Assembly: GCF_008831285.2 (NCBI RefSeq)
Contig: NC_045138.2
Coordinates: 1,736,001 to 1,800,000, forward strand
Direction: 5' to 3'
DNA: 64,000 bases
DNA from: Nymphaea colorata
Lineage: Eukaryota
In this document: positions 52,801 through 64,000 of the stretch, piece after piece
Layout: every line of letters begins with the position of its first letter
Position numbering within the stretch: position 1 is the first letter of the stretch
Translations under genes and position numbers: made by a program
Notes under the pieces: generated by a model
Seen by the model: only the letters and a program-made list of their open reading frames with translations
Told to the model about the DNA's origin: nothing
Database searches by the model: none

Positions 52801-55800
52801 TCTCTCTTCCACCTAGAGTTTTTGGATGTGTTTGTTTTATTCACAATCACAGTCCTAATATTAAAAAGCTTGATCCTAGGTCGGTTAAGGGCGTTTTTCT
52901 AGGTTATTCCCCCACTCAAAAACGATATAACTGTCGAGACCCTTCCACAAGTCATGCTTATGTTACCAAAGATGTCACCTTCATGGAACATGCTTCATAT
53001 TTTGGTGAGAATTTTCATCAGGGGGAGAGGTCTACAATGAAAGAAGAATATTCTCCCAATCAAGAGATTCAATTTATAGATTTTTTGGAATACAAGAAGG
53101 AAGAGATTGACGTTACTAACCCTCTAGAGCACAATGAGGATGATGGATGTTCAACTGTGGATAAGAAGGGACATGACCGTTTGTTTGGACAGGTTTACTC
53201 CAGGCAAAAGTCACCTACAGTAGGACCCACTGATGAAGCTGACAAAGCGATGCCCTCTAGTGACAAAAATCCTACTCCAAATCCTAATGTCACTTCTTCC
53301 CTGGATGACCCAAGTCGTGCCCAAGTGTTTTGTATCTTCTCTTTCTTTGGCTGCGATTACCAGGACTGTTGCTGAAGCTCAAGGTGATTCCAAGTGGGCT
53401 GATGCGATGAAAGAAGAAATGGAAGCCCTGAGAAGAAACATGACATGGAAAGTTGTAAAGATCTCTGAGGCAGCTCACTTGGTTAGATCCAAGTGGGTCT
53501 AGACCATCAAATACAAACCAAATGGAAGTGTTGAAAGATACAAATTTCGTATTGTGGCCAAGGGGTTTAGTCAGAAATATGGGATTGATTACTTGGAGAC
53601 CTTTGCTCCAGTTGCGAAAATGAAGACAGTTAGAGTTGTTATTTCCCTAGCTGTGATGAAGGAGTGGAGGATGTACCAACTGGATGTTAAGAATGTATTT
53701 CTCAATGGCGATCTCGTAGAGGAGGTGTATATGTATATGCCCCCAGGATATGAAGAACCAGAAAAATGTTGTAAACTAAAAAGGCTTTATATGGCCTCAA
53801 GCAATCACCCATAGCATGGTTCGAACGACTCATACGAGTAATGCAACAATATGGCTACAATGAACGAAATGGAGACCACACTCTGTTTGTGAAGTGGAAA
53901 GAAGGAAAAGTCACTCTGTTACTTGTTTATGTGGATGATATGATTATTACAGGTGATGATGAGGATGAAATCACAAAGCTAAAAGTGCTATTGGCTGCCG
54001 AATTTGATCTCAAAGATCTTGTTAAACTGAGCTACTTTCTTGGTATTGAGATTGCTAAGTCCAGTACCGGCCTTGTGTTAAATCAACGGAAATACACACT
54101 AGATCTATTGAAGGAGACTGGTAAGTTGGGGTGTAGACCAGCTTCTACTCCTCTTGATACTGGCCACGAGTTGAGCCTTAGAGATGAGGAGTTGCTCTGT
54201 GAAGAAGCCAAAGGAAGATATCAATGTTTTGTTGGGAAGTTGATTTATCTTACCCTCACTCGACTAGATATCACTTTTGTTGTGAATGTACTGAGTCAAT
54301 TCATGCATGCCCCGATTGATGCACACTTGAAGACTGTGGATAGAATATTGTGTTATTTGAAGAAGAATCCTGGCAAAAGACTATTATATGTGAAACAAGA
54401 GTCTGTTGAGATCGAATGGTATTTCGATGCTGACTTGGCAGGTTGTGCTGATACTAGAAGGTCTACCTCAAGATACTATGTCTACTTGGGAGGAAACCTT
54501 GCTATCTGGAGAAGAAGGGGCAAGATGTGTTTTATCAATCTAGTGCAGAGGTTGAGTATAGAGCTATTGCTATGGGAGTGTCAGAGTTACTATGGCTGAA
54601 AATATTGCTAGCTGATATCGGGATAGAGATTGGAGGACCTATGAAGATGTACTGTGACTACAAGTCTGCAATCAACCTAGCCAATAACCATGTACTATAT
54701 GACAGAACAAAGCATGTTGATATTGATTGTCACTTTATCCGTGAGAGCATTGATGCTAAAGAGTTAATTTTACCTTACATGAAGTCTGAACACCAAATTG
54801 TTGATGTTATGACTAAAGCTCTATATTCAACTTCTTTTGAGAGAAATGTATCCAAGTTGGGCATGTTTGATATGTATGCCCAACTTGAGGGAGAGTTCTG
54901 AAGCAAGATGGGTCTTTGGACCGGGTCTGGGTCTAGACCCGATCCCGCTTGTAGCCCTTGTTGGGCCTTACTTAAAGACGTGTAACCCTAATTTCTGAAG
55001 AAAATGAAGTTTTAAGAGAGAGATAGTCTGGCGGTTAGTGGGCACCAGACCTCCTCACCCGTGGTTTTTTCTCCCTCTCGTTGAAGGTTTTCCACGTTAC
55101 ACCTGTGTTCTTCTCGCTTTTACTGTTTCTACAATTACTAACTCATAATGAATGTCACGGCCTCCTGTATGAGCTGGAACTCTCTAAGCTCAAGAGGATT
55201 CTAATTGTTGATGTTGAGTAGCCACAATTCATTGGCGAATGTACACGTTTCATGGTGTCTATTTGATGAATATGAAAATGTGGACTTGATTTTGTAGACT
55301 GACTTATTGTGATTTAAATCCATGCTAGTGAGATTCTCAGTTTAAACAAATTGAGATCTCTCAAAATACACCTTTTGTTATGCAGCCTCATATCCAAGAT
55401 CCAAGGCTATCACAGCAACCTTAGGGTTTTAAGGGGGAGCAACTAAGTCACTCACTGTTTTTCAAGGAAAAGGTAATAGGGCAAAGCACAACTGAACAGT
55501 GAGTCAACTAATGAAAAAAATGATTTGGGTTTAGAATTCTTATGAACACCGTATGTTCCACATGTTATAAAATAGTGGCAGATGTTATTTTCGAGTTTTC
55601 GAGTGCAACTGAAAGTTCGCAAAAGTCCTGAAGCAATAGATCAAGGAAAGAGGGGGATTCAGCCTCTCACTCAAGTGGTCAGTTATGTCCACTCATCATC
55701 AATTCTAGCTTGACATTATGAGCTTGTGTGGGTAGTTGCCCACACATGCCCACATAAATTGCACATTCATATATTAATAACTTACAATTTAGTTGCTTAT

Positions 55801-56144
55801 ACATTGCTTCCCCTTTAAAGATATAATTTAAATTTTAAAGTACTAGTGCTCCTTAAACAGGAATTCCTATTTCTGCCATTGCTCACATTTATTTCTTCTT
55901 GGTATATTAATGCTTGAGCAACGGGAGGTTTGCTGTGGTGGGGCACCAAACAGTGGCGAACTCGAATTCCAGCCGTCTATCGATCAGCGCATTGCAGTAC
56001 CTGCCACAGGATGTCCTTGTCTACCCACTGAAGCTAGCCGAGGGCAAGAAGCCATTGATTGAGAAACCAGTCACCTTCAAGGAGATGTACACGAAGAAGA
56101 TGCAGTGTGATGTGGACGTTGCCATGGAAAGGGAAAAGCTATGA
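49857..56144 (+). pseudogene. F3H-like pseudogene, copy H (exon 1 49857-~50590, exon 2 55911-56144), interrupted by foreign DNA and a Copia element
   Basis: 2-nt insertion near 49932, nonsense codons near 50087 and 50198, and a 25-nt deletion at ~50472. The exon 1 end and donor are missing and the acceptor is mutated AG to AA at 55909-55910. Confidence 0.88.
51005..55133 (+). mobile_element. Ty1/Copia LTR retrotransposon, degenerate, apparently lacking gag
   Basis: 5' LTR 51005-51189 (TG...CA) and 3' LTR 54896-55133, with 5-bp TSD ATTAC (51000-51004, 55134-55138). PBS-like TTGTATCAGAGCC at 51190 and PPT GAGGGAGAG before 54896. Protease WIIDSGATHHMT, integrase (FRSDNAREY, PPQNGVVERKN), RT ([20 protein letters not shown]) and RNase H (RTKHVDID) occur in Copia order with stops and frameshifts. 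Confidence 0.95.
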
Positions 56145-57873
56145 ACCAAAGAGCATGGAGGTTGTGTATGTTGGGAAGTTTCTTAGGAAATTGCTTAATT
56201 TCCATAGTCATTAAGTTTGTGTTTGTGTTGTGTGCATGCATGCACATGTGGCAACACATGCGTGCATATGTTCACGTCACTATTTATGTGTCCTCTTTGA
56301 TCCACAATGCTTAAATAAAGATTCGTGTAGTTAATGAAGTGACTGCACTTGATAGAGACATGAGGAGATTTTTTAATGATCTCCAGATCAGAGATCATCC
56401 CTTGACGGACCTTGGACATGTATGTGGTGCTAGGTTTATGTTCTTGGATCGTGAACGGAAAGTTCATTTATGCAAGTTGAAGAACATGGAGATCTCGATG
56501 CCTGACATCGACACGGCTTTAGACTCTATGGGACAGGGCAAAAAAGTGGGCTTTGCTTCACACTTGGGTGGTGGGATTAAACCTTCTACTCACCTGATCA
56601 CATCTGAGATCATCCAGTTTAGAAACAAAAATTTTCAAAAAACTATGTAATTCAAAAGAATTAAAAATCATAAACATCCAATACATAGTTCAGATTAACA
56701 AAAATTTCAAAATCATCAATTTTGATTTTGTTGGGTCTTGTCTAAACAAGGGAAAAAAAAGTTATTCAACTACTTTTGGACATTTTGCTTAATTTTTTCG
56801 TTGGGTAAATACCTTTAGGAAAAAAGCATTAAAAGTGGGAGCCTCGTATGCATGTGATCCATTTGCAAGTGTGTATTTATCTTTAGGCAGGTACAACAGT
56901 GGAAAAGTGAGTTCCATATGGTGAGAATAATAATGGTCTGCCAAATATTTGTGGTGACTTTTCCTTCTTAATTAATATAACAAATGGTTGTTGATAAATA
57001 TCAGCCAGTCAGTGGATTCAGTTTCAGTGGTGGATTATATAGTGCAATGTGAACTTTTAACTACTTAATTGAGTGTTTTAAGAAATTTCTTGTTTTACAT
57101 GTTTTTACATACTCTTCTTTTTATTTTTTATTAAATGATTTTTCAATAGGGTTCATTATTCATAACAGATCGATTCACTTGAGTTGGCAATTCATGGAAT
57201 TATTAGATTCATGATTTGTTTCATGAACCAATTTTTACAATACTGACTTGAATACCTAAAGGGTCGTTAGCCAATGAGAAGAGTGGGAACTAAACTGTTC
57301 CATAAATTTAATTCAAACACTGAAACATGGTGTACTATGAATTTGCGGCAATTCTTAAGATAGATTAATGAAACAGTTTTGTTACTGTTCTCTTTACCAA
57401 ATGGCTCTTATGTGATTTCATGAGAGTGACAGTAAGTTCATGGGAGTTCAATCTATATATAAAAACAATCTTCTTGCCGCCTCATGTAAGCTTTAACATG
57501 AGAGGGGCATTTTTTCTTTTCATGGAGGGCATCTTTCTTTTTGTGTGAAATTTTTCATCAATGGAAGACCTAGGATGGTAAGTGATGCAAGATTCTAGTA
57601 GGAATTTTGACCGCAGAGAAATAAGACAAGACCTTGCTAAAGACACAAGACTCCATAGATAATGGGCATGAACTTTCCTAAGGTTTTTCATTGATGATCG
57701 AAATTAAAAACAGAGTTCTCAAGTTGGTCAAGCCAACTGCTGTGACACGGAATGAATGGATGGCAAGCACAACATGTTCTATTGGTAACCTCAAATAGAG
57801 GAAAATAATGTGGCAGTCGCTCCGAAGGGCATAGCTCAAATAGATGACCTTCGGGCACATTATATGGCACATG

Positions 57874-58836
57874 TGTTCTCATCCCCAAGATTATTGGTTT
57901 TTGGAATGCTCCAGAAACATGATATTTAAATAGGAAAGAGAAATAGACTCGACTGTCGGTACGAAGATCAATCATTCCTGACGCCTTTACCGGGGGTAAA
58001 CAACCCAAGGGCTATGTTTATCCTTGATGCATTTCGTTTTGGCTTGAACATCTTTTTCATTCTACATGCGGTGTAATGTTAGAGAAAAACATTGAAAGTT
58101 TGATGTTTTAAGTTATTTTAGTGTTCTCTTAAGACTTTAAGTAGGTTTGAGGTTTTGCTCTAATTCGGTTACCACCCAATTAGAGCTTCATCTCATTTTG
58201 CTTAAGTTCTCTTGGAGATGTAATTGATCTCATTTGTGATATTAAGTAGAGGTGAATGCATGGATGCATTGATTTTATATAATTGAAAGAAAGCAAAACA
58301 TTCCTAACACAACATACATCTAAAGGCATTCTTACCACAACATACATCCAAGATTTTTATTTTGTAGTTAACATAAATGTTCATGAAGAAAGAAAAGTTT
58401 TGAAAATAGATTGGGATTGTAGAACATCAAGCATGAATCCAATATTGAGTCATTCCTTGAGTTTTGGTTTTAGTGAAGTCAGTAAATAAAAATGATCTTA
58501 AACCATGGGAGAAAAATATTTGAAAGGATAGAGAAGATGAAATACTCCTATAAAAAGAAAGAGAGATAGAAAAAAAGATTTCAAAGATCTTTAAATGAAA
58601 GATTTCAAAAGAAGGGAAAGATGCATATCTCTATATGTATGCATATATGTATATAAGCTTTTGACAATGAGCTCTTACAGAAGAAAAGGAAACTTTCAAA
58701 AGAAAGAGAGAAAGAGAGGGAGATAAAAAGATGCACATACATGTGTATATACCATCACATATACACATATATGAAAGCTTGTAAAAATAACATTGACTTG
58801 AATAGAAAGAGAGATTTTAAAGGAAAAAAAATGGAG

Positions 58837-58881
<45 letters not shown>

Positions 58882-61424
58882 GTAGATAAAGACATTTGAC
58901 TTGAAAAGAGTAAAAGATTCTAGAGAGAGAAAGTAAGAGATTCATATATATATGCATTCATATTGATATGAAAATTTGTAAAATGAAATATGTAAACGTA
59001 GAGAGGGAATAATAAAGAGAATCATCATGTGCATATATATGTATACAACATGTATATACATGTATGTCTTCATGAGATTGAACATCAAAGAAATGACTTA
59101 AAATAACCGACTTCAAATTTGATGTAGGCCGGAGGGGAGCTTGGACTCATGTAAGAACCTATGCTAAGTCCCCAAAGCCATATTAAAAAGGGTTTTTTTG
59201 AAAATATTTTAGAAAACATGACTATAAACATAAAACATAGTTATTTTATTAATTGCAAGGAAATACGTTTCTTCCACCGTTGGGTATGGAAGAAACCAAG
59301 CCATACGATATGGCACTCATTAGGGTTTTTAATCGGGTGATTAAAAGGAAACTAACGCGAAATAACACGAAAATGTACTTTAACATGTACAAACTCGTAA
59401 AGGTTTTTCCTGGTTGCACAAGCGCCGACCTCAAAAATTAATATGAAGATAAAAAGTCTCAAACCACACTCTCATTCTCGCCATACATTCACATATAAAT
59501 GAAAAACGTAGACAAAATTCAAGGAAGGAAAAAGAAAGAGATAAAGTCAACTAAGAAGGAGAGTATGATTCAACTATGAAAATAAATGTCATCTCATCTT
59601 CTCACGCTCCTGGTAACTCTAAAATAAAGATTGAGGGCTATCTCATATAGCCATGGGGAAATGAAGAAGAGAAAAAAATAGGAGAAGCTAAACAAAACTA
59701 TATTCAAGCAATGAAACAACATGAGTCAAGCATAAAAGTGAAAGATCATCTTATCTTCTCATGCTCCCGGTGCACTTCAGCATAGTATCTTGTCTCTAAA
59801 ATAGAGATTGAATGCTATCTCCTTTGGCTATGGGGAGAATAAAAAGAGAGAAAAATAGGAGGAAGCAAAAGAACAACAAGAATGTATTCATGAAAAGAAA
59901 GAGCATGAATTAATCATAAAATGAATTATCGTCTCATATTCTTAGGCTCCTGGTGCACTTGAACATAGCTTCTTGACTCTAAAATAGAGATTAGAAGACT
60001 ATCTCGTATAGCCATGGGGAGATGAAGAAAAGAGGAAATGAAGGAACCAAAACAAGTCTATATTCAAGAAAGGAAAGAGCAACAACAACAAGACTATATT
60101 TGAGAAAATGAATAGCATGATTTAATCATAAAATAAAAGATTACTTCACCTTCTCATGCTTCTAGTGCACTCAGAAATGGCTTTTTAACTCCAAAATAGA
60201 TATTTTAAAGCAATCTTATATGACTATAGGAGATGAAGAAGGGAAGAAACAAAGGAAAGAAATGAGAGGAATGATGACTACATACCTCTAATGAGAATAA
60301 CTTTTGGAAAAATAAACACCTTAGCTTGGAGATCTCCTTAAGTGAAGCTCCAAGATGATGCCCCCAAGAGGGTTGAAACTTGTTTCAAGTTAGAGAAGAA
60401 GAGATAAATGGAAAGTGGAAGAGGAAGATGAAGATAGCTAAGGGAAAAACTCCAAGTCTTCAAGAGAGAATGCACTAGAGTTTCTCCAAGGGTTAGGGGG
60501 TATTTAAAGAGACTTTTTGAGCCAAAACTCAAAATTTGAATTTTTTGAATTTCACAACATTTTCATCCGAACTTAACATAGTTTTGTATTATTTTCATTT
60601 TTTTAAAGAAAATAGGTTTTGACTAAGTGGAATTGGCCCTTAGCCCTACAAATAACCCTTTGGGGTGTGGGCAGGGCTAATGTCCACCTTGAAAAATAAA
60701 AAACTAACCCCCAAGGGCTGGTTATGCAAGCAAATGGGGGCCTCCACTGCAGGCCCCTACCGGGGAGTTGTTGCGCACCAGGCGCAACAGCGCCTGGGTG
60801 AGACGCAACATGCTACCCGTTAAGCAGGCGATCGCGTAACGCGATTGCCTTGCACGATCGCAGAACGTGATCGCCTTATGCGATCGCGTAAGGCGATCAC
60901 CCTGTGCACGTGCGACTACGCGGCACGGGAAACCCCTTTTTTATTTTTTAAAAGAAATTCAAGAAAATATATAAAAATGCTATTTATATAGGAAGCATAA
61001 TATATTTTTTATTTAAAATGTAGAAAAAGGTTTTTCAAGTGAAAGCATAAAAATTCATTTTTTCTTGTTTAATTTATCTAAAAGGCATATAAAAAAAAAT
61101 CATTATAAAAGGGTGGTCGACTCCAATTTCAGTGTCTCTGAACTCGCTCCAAATCTGATTTTGGTTTAGTCGATTGTCGACTCATTTGAGCATGCGACTT
61201 GGGTTTAGGAAATGTTTTGGCTTTGAAAAATGAGTTCTTAAAGCAAAGGGAAGGTTTGTGCACCACACTCAAATTTTGTCGTTTCGAATGCGATTCGAAT
61301 TTTGGGACTAAAATGCTTGATTTGGATCTGAACTTGGGTTTTGAATATAATTAGGATCCAAAAATTATGTTTTGTGTTTTGATAAAAGAGTGTAGTCTTT
61401 TGAGAAAAAATTGGGATAATTACA
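57874..61424. mobile_element. Large solo-LTR-like element, same family as 13734-16099
   Basis: Termini TGTTCTCATCCCCAAG...TTGGGATAATTACA. Splits the 3' flank of copy H, which resumes at ~61427 (TATGTGTCAACTCACGG). Shares internal blocks such as ATGTAGGCCGGAGGGGAGCTT with the 14 kb copy. Confidence 0.7.
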
Positions 61425-62739
61425 ACTATGTGTCAACTCACGGTAGGCTATGTTCCTATATCATAAGGAGATGGATCCTACGTAGAATTTGAATTACATA
61501 AAGATTTCGCTACCTGGTACTGACCTAGTTCTCGACCCTGTTGGCAACGGGGAGGAAGGGCGTTCAGCTCTCAATCAGGCAATGGAATTAATCCTCTTGC
61601 TTACCCAGAAAGAATTACAATAGTATGTCAAAAGCCAAAAAGAGGGATGCACCATGGGCAAGGATCAGAAATGACAATGAGCCACTTCCTCATGAACATG
61701 AAACCTTGCTCAAACTCAAGAATAGATTCGCGAAGTTAAACAAGAGCAAGAGGAATACTACTAGTTCAGCTCATAATGCCTTATTATTAATTAATAAAAT
61801 CACATACATATTTTGATGTATATGTAAACAGTCTTGATAGAAGTAAAGAAATGAATGAGCAAAAGAAACTACAAGAAAATGACACTAAAAATAACTTAAT
61901 AATGAAGTTTTTTTATCTTCTTGGGATTTACATTTATTAAACACTAGTTGAAAATCAGTTAAGGAACCTTCCTAAACAAGGAATTAAAAGGGCATGGTAC
62001 CATTAACAGGATGCCTTCCTTTTAGAGGTTTAAAACATAGAAATACATTTTCTCATCTTATTATGACATCAAATTAAGTTTTGTTTTCACTAGGGCATAT
62101 GGGGCCCTTTCACAATAGGAACATCAATACAATGTCCCATGGATATGTACCAATTGTGACAGAATCATGTAACAGTACATTTTATGCGACAAAAAATCTG
62201 TTACTGATGGGAGAAAAATGTCAGCAATGCCTCCCACAATGTCAGAAGAACTTTTATTGACACTGTTAGGAAAAGCTATGTTAGTGTAGTTCTTACCGAT
62301 GCCACACATGTAATATCAGTAAAGGCTTGATTTTTCTAGTATTAGTATTATGTGAATCTGTCTCAATCTTTAAAACAGATTTGATAAACACTGTGTTTGT
62401 GATCTTGTAATTGTCGAACACCCTCAAAAGAACTGAAATTTTGCCTCATGATGCCATTTCCTAATACATAACGTGCATATGGTGGATGGTACATCGGCAG
62501 AATTTCTTTTCTCCTCCGCTATTGCTTCTTGTTTACTTCCTTTTATGTTCATAAACTCCTCAAATCTTGTGGCCAGCTATAAATGTATCAGACGCTTGAT
62601 ATTCATTTCTTGTTTTTCGTGTAGTCAGATTATTCTATTTCAATAGTAAACTGCAAGTCAAATAAATTGATCAATCCTTAGGATAAAACTATGACACTCA
62701 CAATTTACTCATATATAGGTGGGTAGAGAATCAAAAGCA

Positions 62740-63193
62740 AACATAGCTAGAGCTCTATCTAATATTACTTAAGTTTTTTTAGAGATGTGCTTATAATAAT
62801 TCGTGATATTAAGTGAATGTGGATGTATAAATGCATTGACCCTACATGATTAGAAGTCTATCTTTCATTCCTACTATAACATTCACCTAAAAACATTCCT
62901 ACCATCTCATACATCTAAGTTTTCCATTTTAATTTATATAATTATCATAAATATTTTTATGAAAAAAAATAAAAATGGAATATGGTTGTATACCATCAAG
63001 TATGATTCCAATGTTGGGTGATTACTTGAATTTTGGTCTTGGTGAAGTCAACAAATGAGAAATTAGAGCCATAGATTTTGGGATAAAAATATTCCAAAGA
63101 ATGGAAAAGATGGGAGACTTTAATATAAGAGGAATACAGAGAAAGAGAGAGAAAGAAAAAGATTTTGAAAGTCACAAAATAAAAGATTTAAAA

Positions 63194-63236
<43 letters not shown>

Positions 63237-63360
63237 TACATATAAATATATATATACACACACATAAGTATTTGCATATGTATATGAAAGCTTATGAAAA
63301 GAAAGTATTAACTCAAATGAAAAGGGAGAAGAAGATTTTAAAAAGAGAATTAAAAGGAGG
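62740..63360. mobile_element. Partial third copy of the same LTR-like family
   Basis: Homologous to ~14165-14760 and ~58180-58900 (AGAGCTCTATCT...AAGTGAATGTGGATG...CATTCCTACCA...GAATTTTGGTCTTG). Confidence 0.55.
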
Positions 63361-64000
63361 TCCTTGGATTCCATCGCTCGATAATTACATGCACAAAGTT
63401 CTCATCCACTGATTGCATTCATTCATCTGCCACTGTCTCTAACCCACATTCTTCAAAGTAAGAAGGAAACATGCAAGAAAATATGGGATGTCGAGACCGA
63501 TACCATTCAGGAGCCAAATGTTTACATTCAAGAGAATATAAGTAGATCGTTTGGGTCCTTTCCTGATGAAGATGTGATCGTAAGAGAATGTAACACCACG
63601 TTGTAAAAAATACATCTTGAGTGATGACTCTAATGGTAGAAATTAAATTAGTGGGAAAGATTGACAAAGTTGACAAAGATGATATGAGGTCTGAAATCAT
63701 CACATAAGGTTTTGTGCACATCCAACATTCTCTATACTTCTATCATGTGAAATAATTTAGAAAAAAAGGGGTTAGGGACCTAATTGAGATAACTTCGTGT
63801 TATGATAAATTCAATGCCAAGTTATGCTTATTTACTTTAGCCAAATGAGTTAGTACTAAGATACATTCTTTTTTAGGCAACTAAGGGTAAGGTTTATCCA
63901 CTCTTTCTTAGACACTTGTCAATATACCATAAGTTACCAACTCATTGTATTAACAAGGGGGCTTTCCTGCCCAATGTGTGGTTCCGTTATAAAGCTTAGT

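Noticed and set aside
62124..62460. Degenerate Copia pre-integrase fragment (CGIGKN...FPNSVNKSS)
   Set aside because: Resemblance too weak to support without a profile search.
63419..63721. 100-aa minus-strand ORF
   Set aside because: No recognisable motif; adjacent to LTR-like sequence and probably TE-derived.

Overview
AT-rich angiosperm nuclear DNA (species cannot be fixed from sequence alone) occupied by a birth-and-death cluster of divergent flavanone 3-hydroxylase (F3H)-like 2-oxoglutarate/Fe(II) dioxygenase genes. Six gene-scale copies are present: A 7203-9209 (-), C 18712-~20453 (+), D 22973-25202 (-), F 33313-34778 (-), G 44594-46567 (+) and H 49857-56144 (+), plus two orphan fragments (B ~11.9 kb, E ~29.7 kb). 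Only D and G are intact (two exons, 819+234 nt, 350 aa, HxD...H and RxS motifs present). The copies lack the first intron and C-terminal tail of canonical F3H and carry pocket substitutions, some matching Apiaceae flavone synthase I, which suggests an independently neofunctionalised F3H clade. Copies sit in head-to-head pairs with duplicated flanks and kb-scale inverted repeats. Intergenic DNA holds a gag-less Copia element with both LTRs and a TSD, a truncated Copia, two large solo-LTR-like elements, MITEs, a 1.4 kb AT-rich minisatellite with an orientation switch, captured beta-galactosidase exons and a multi-template repair junction.
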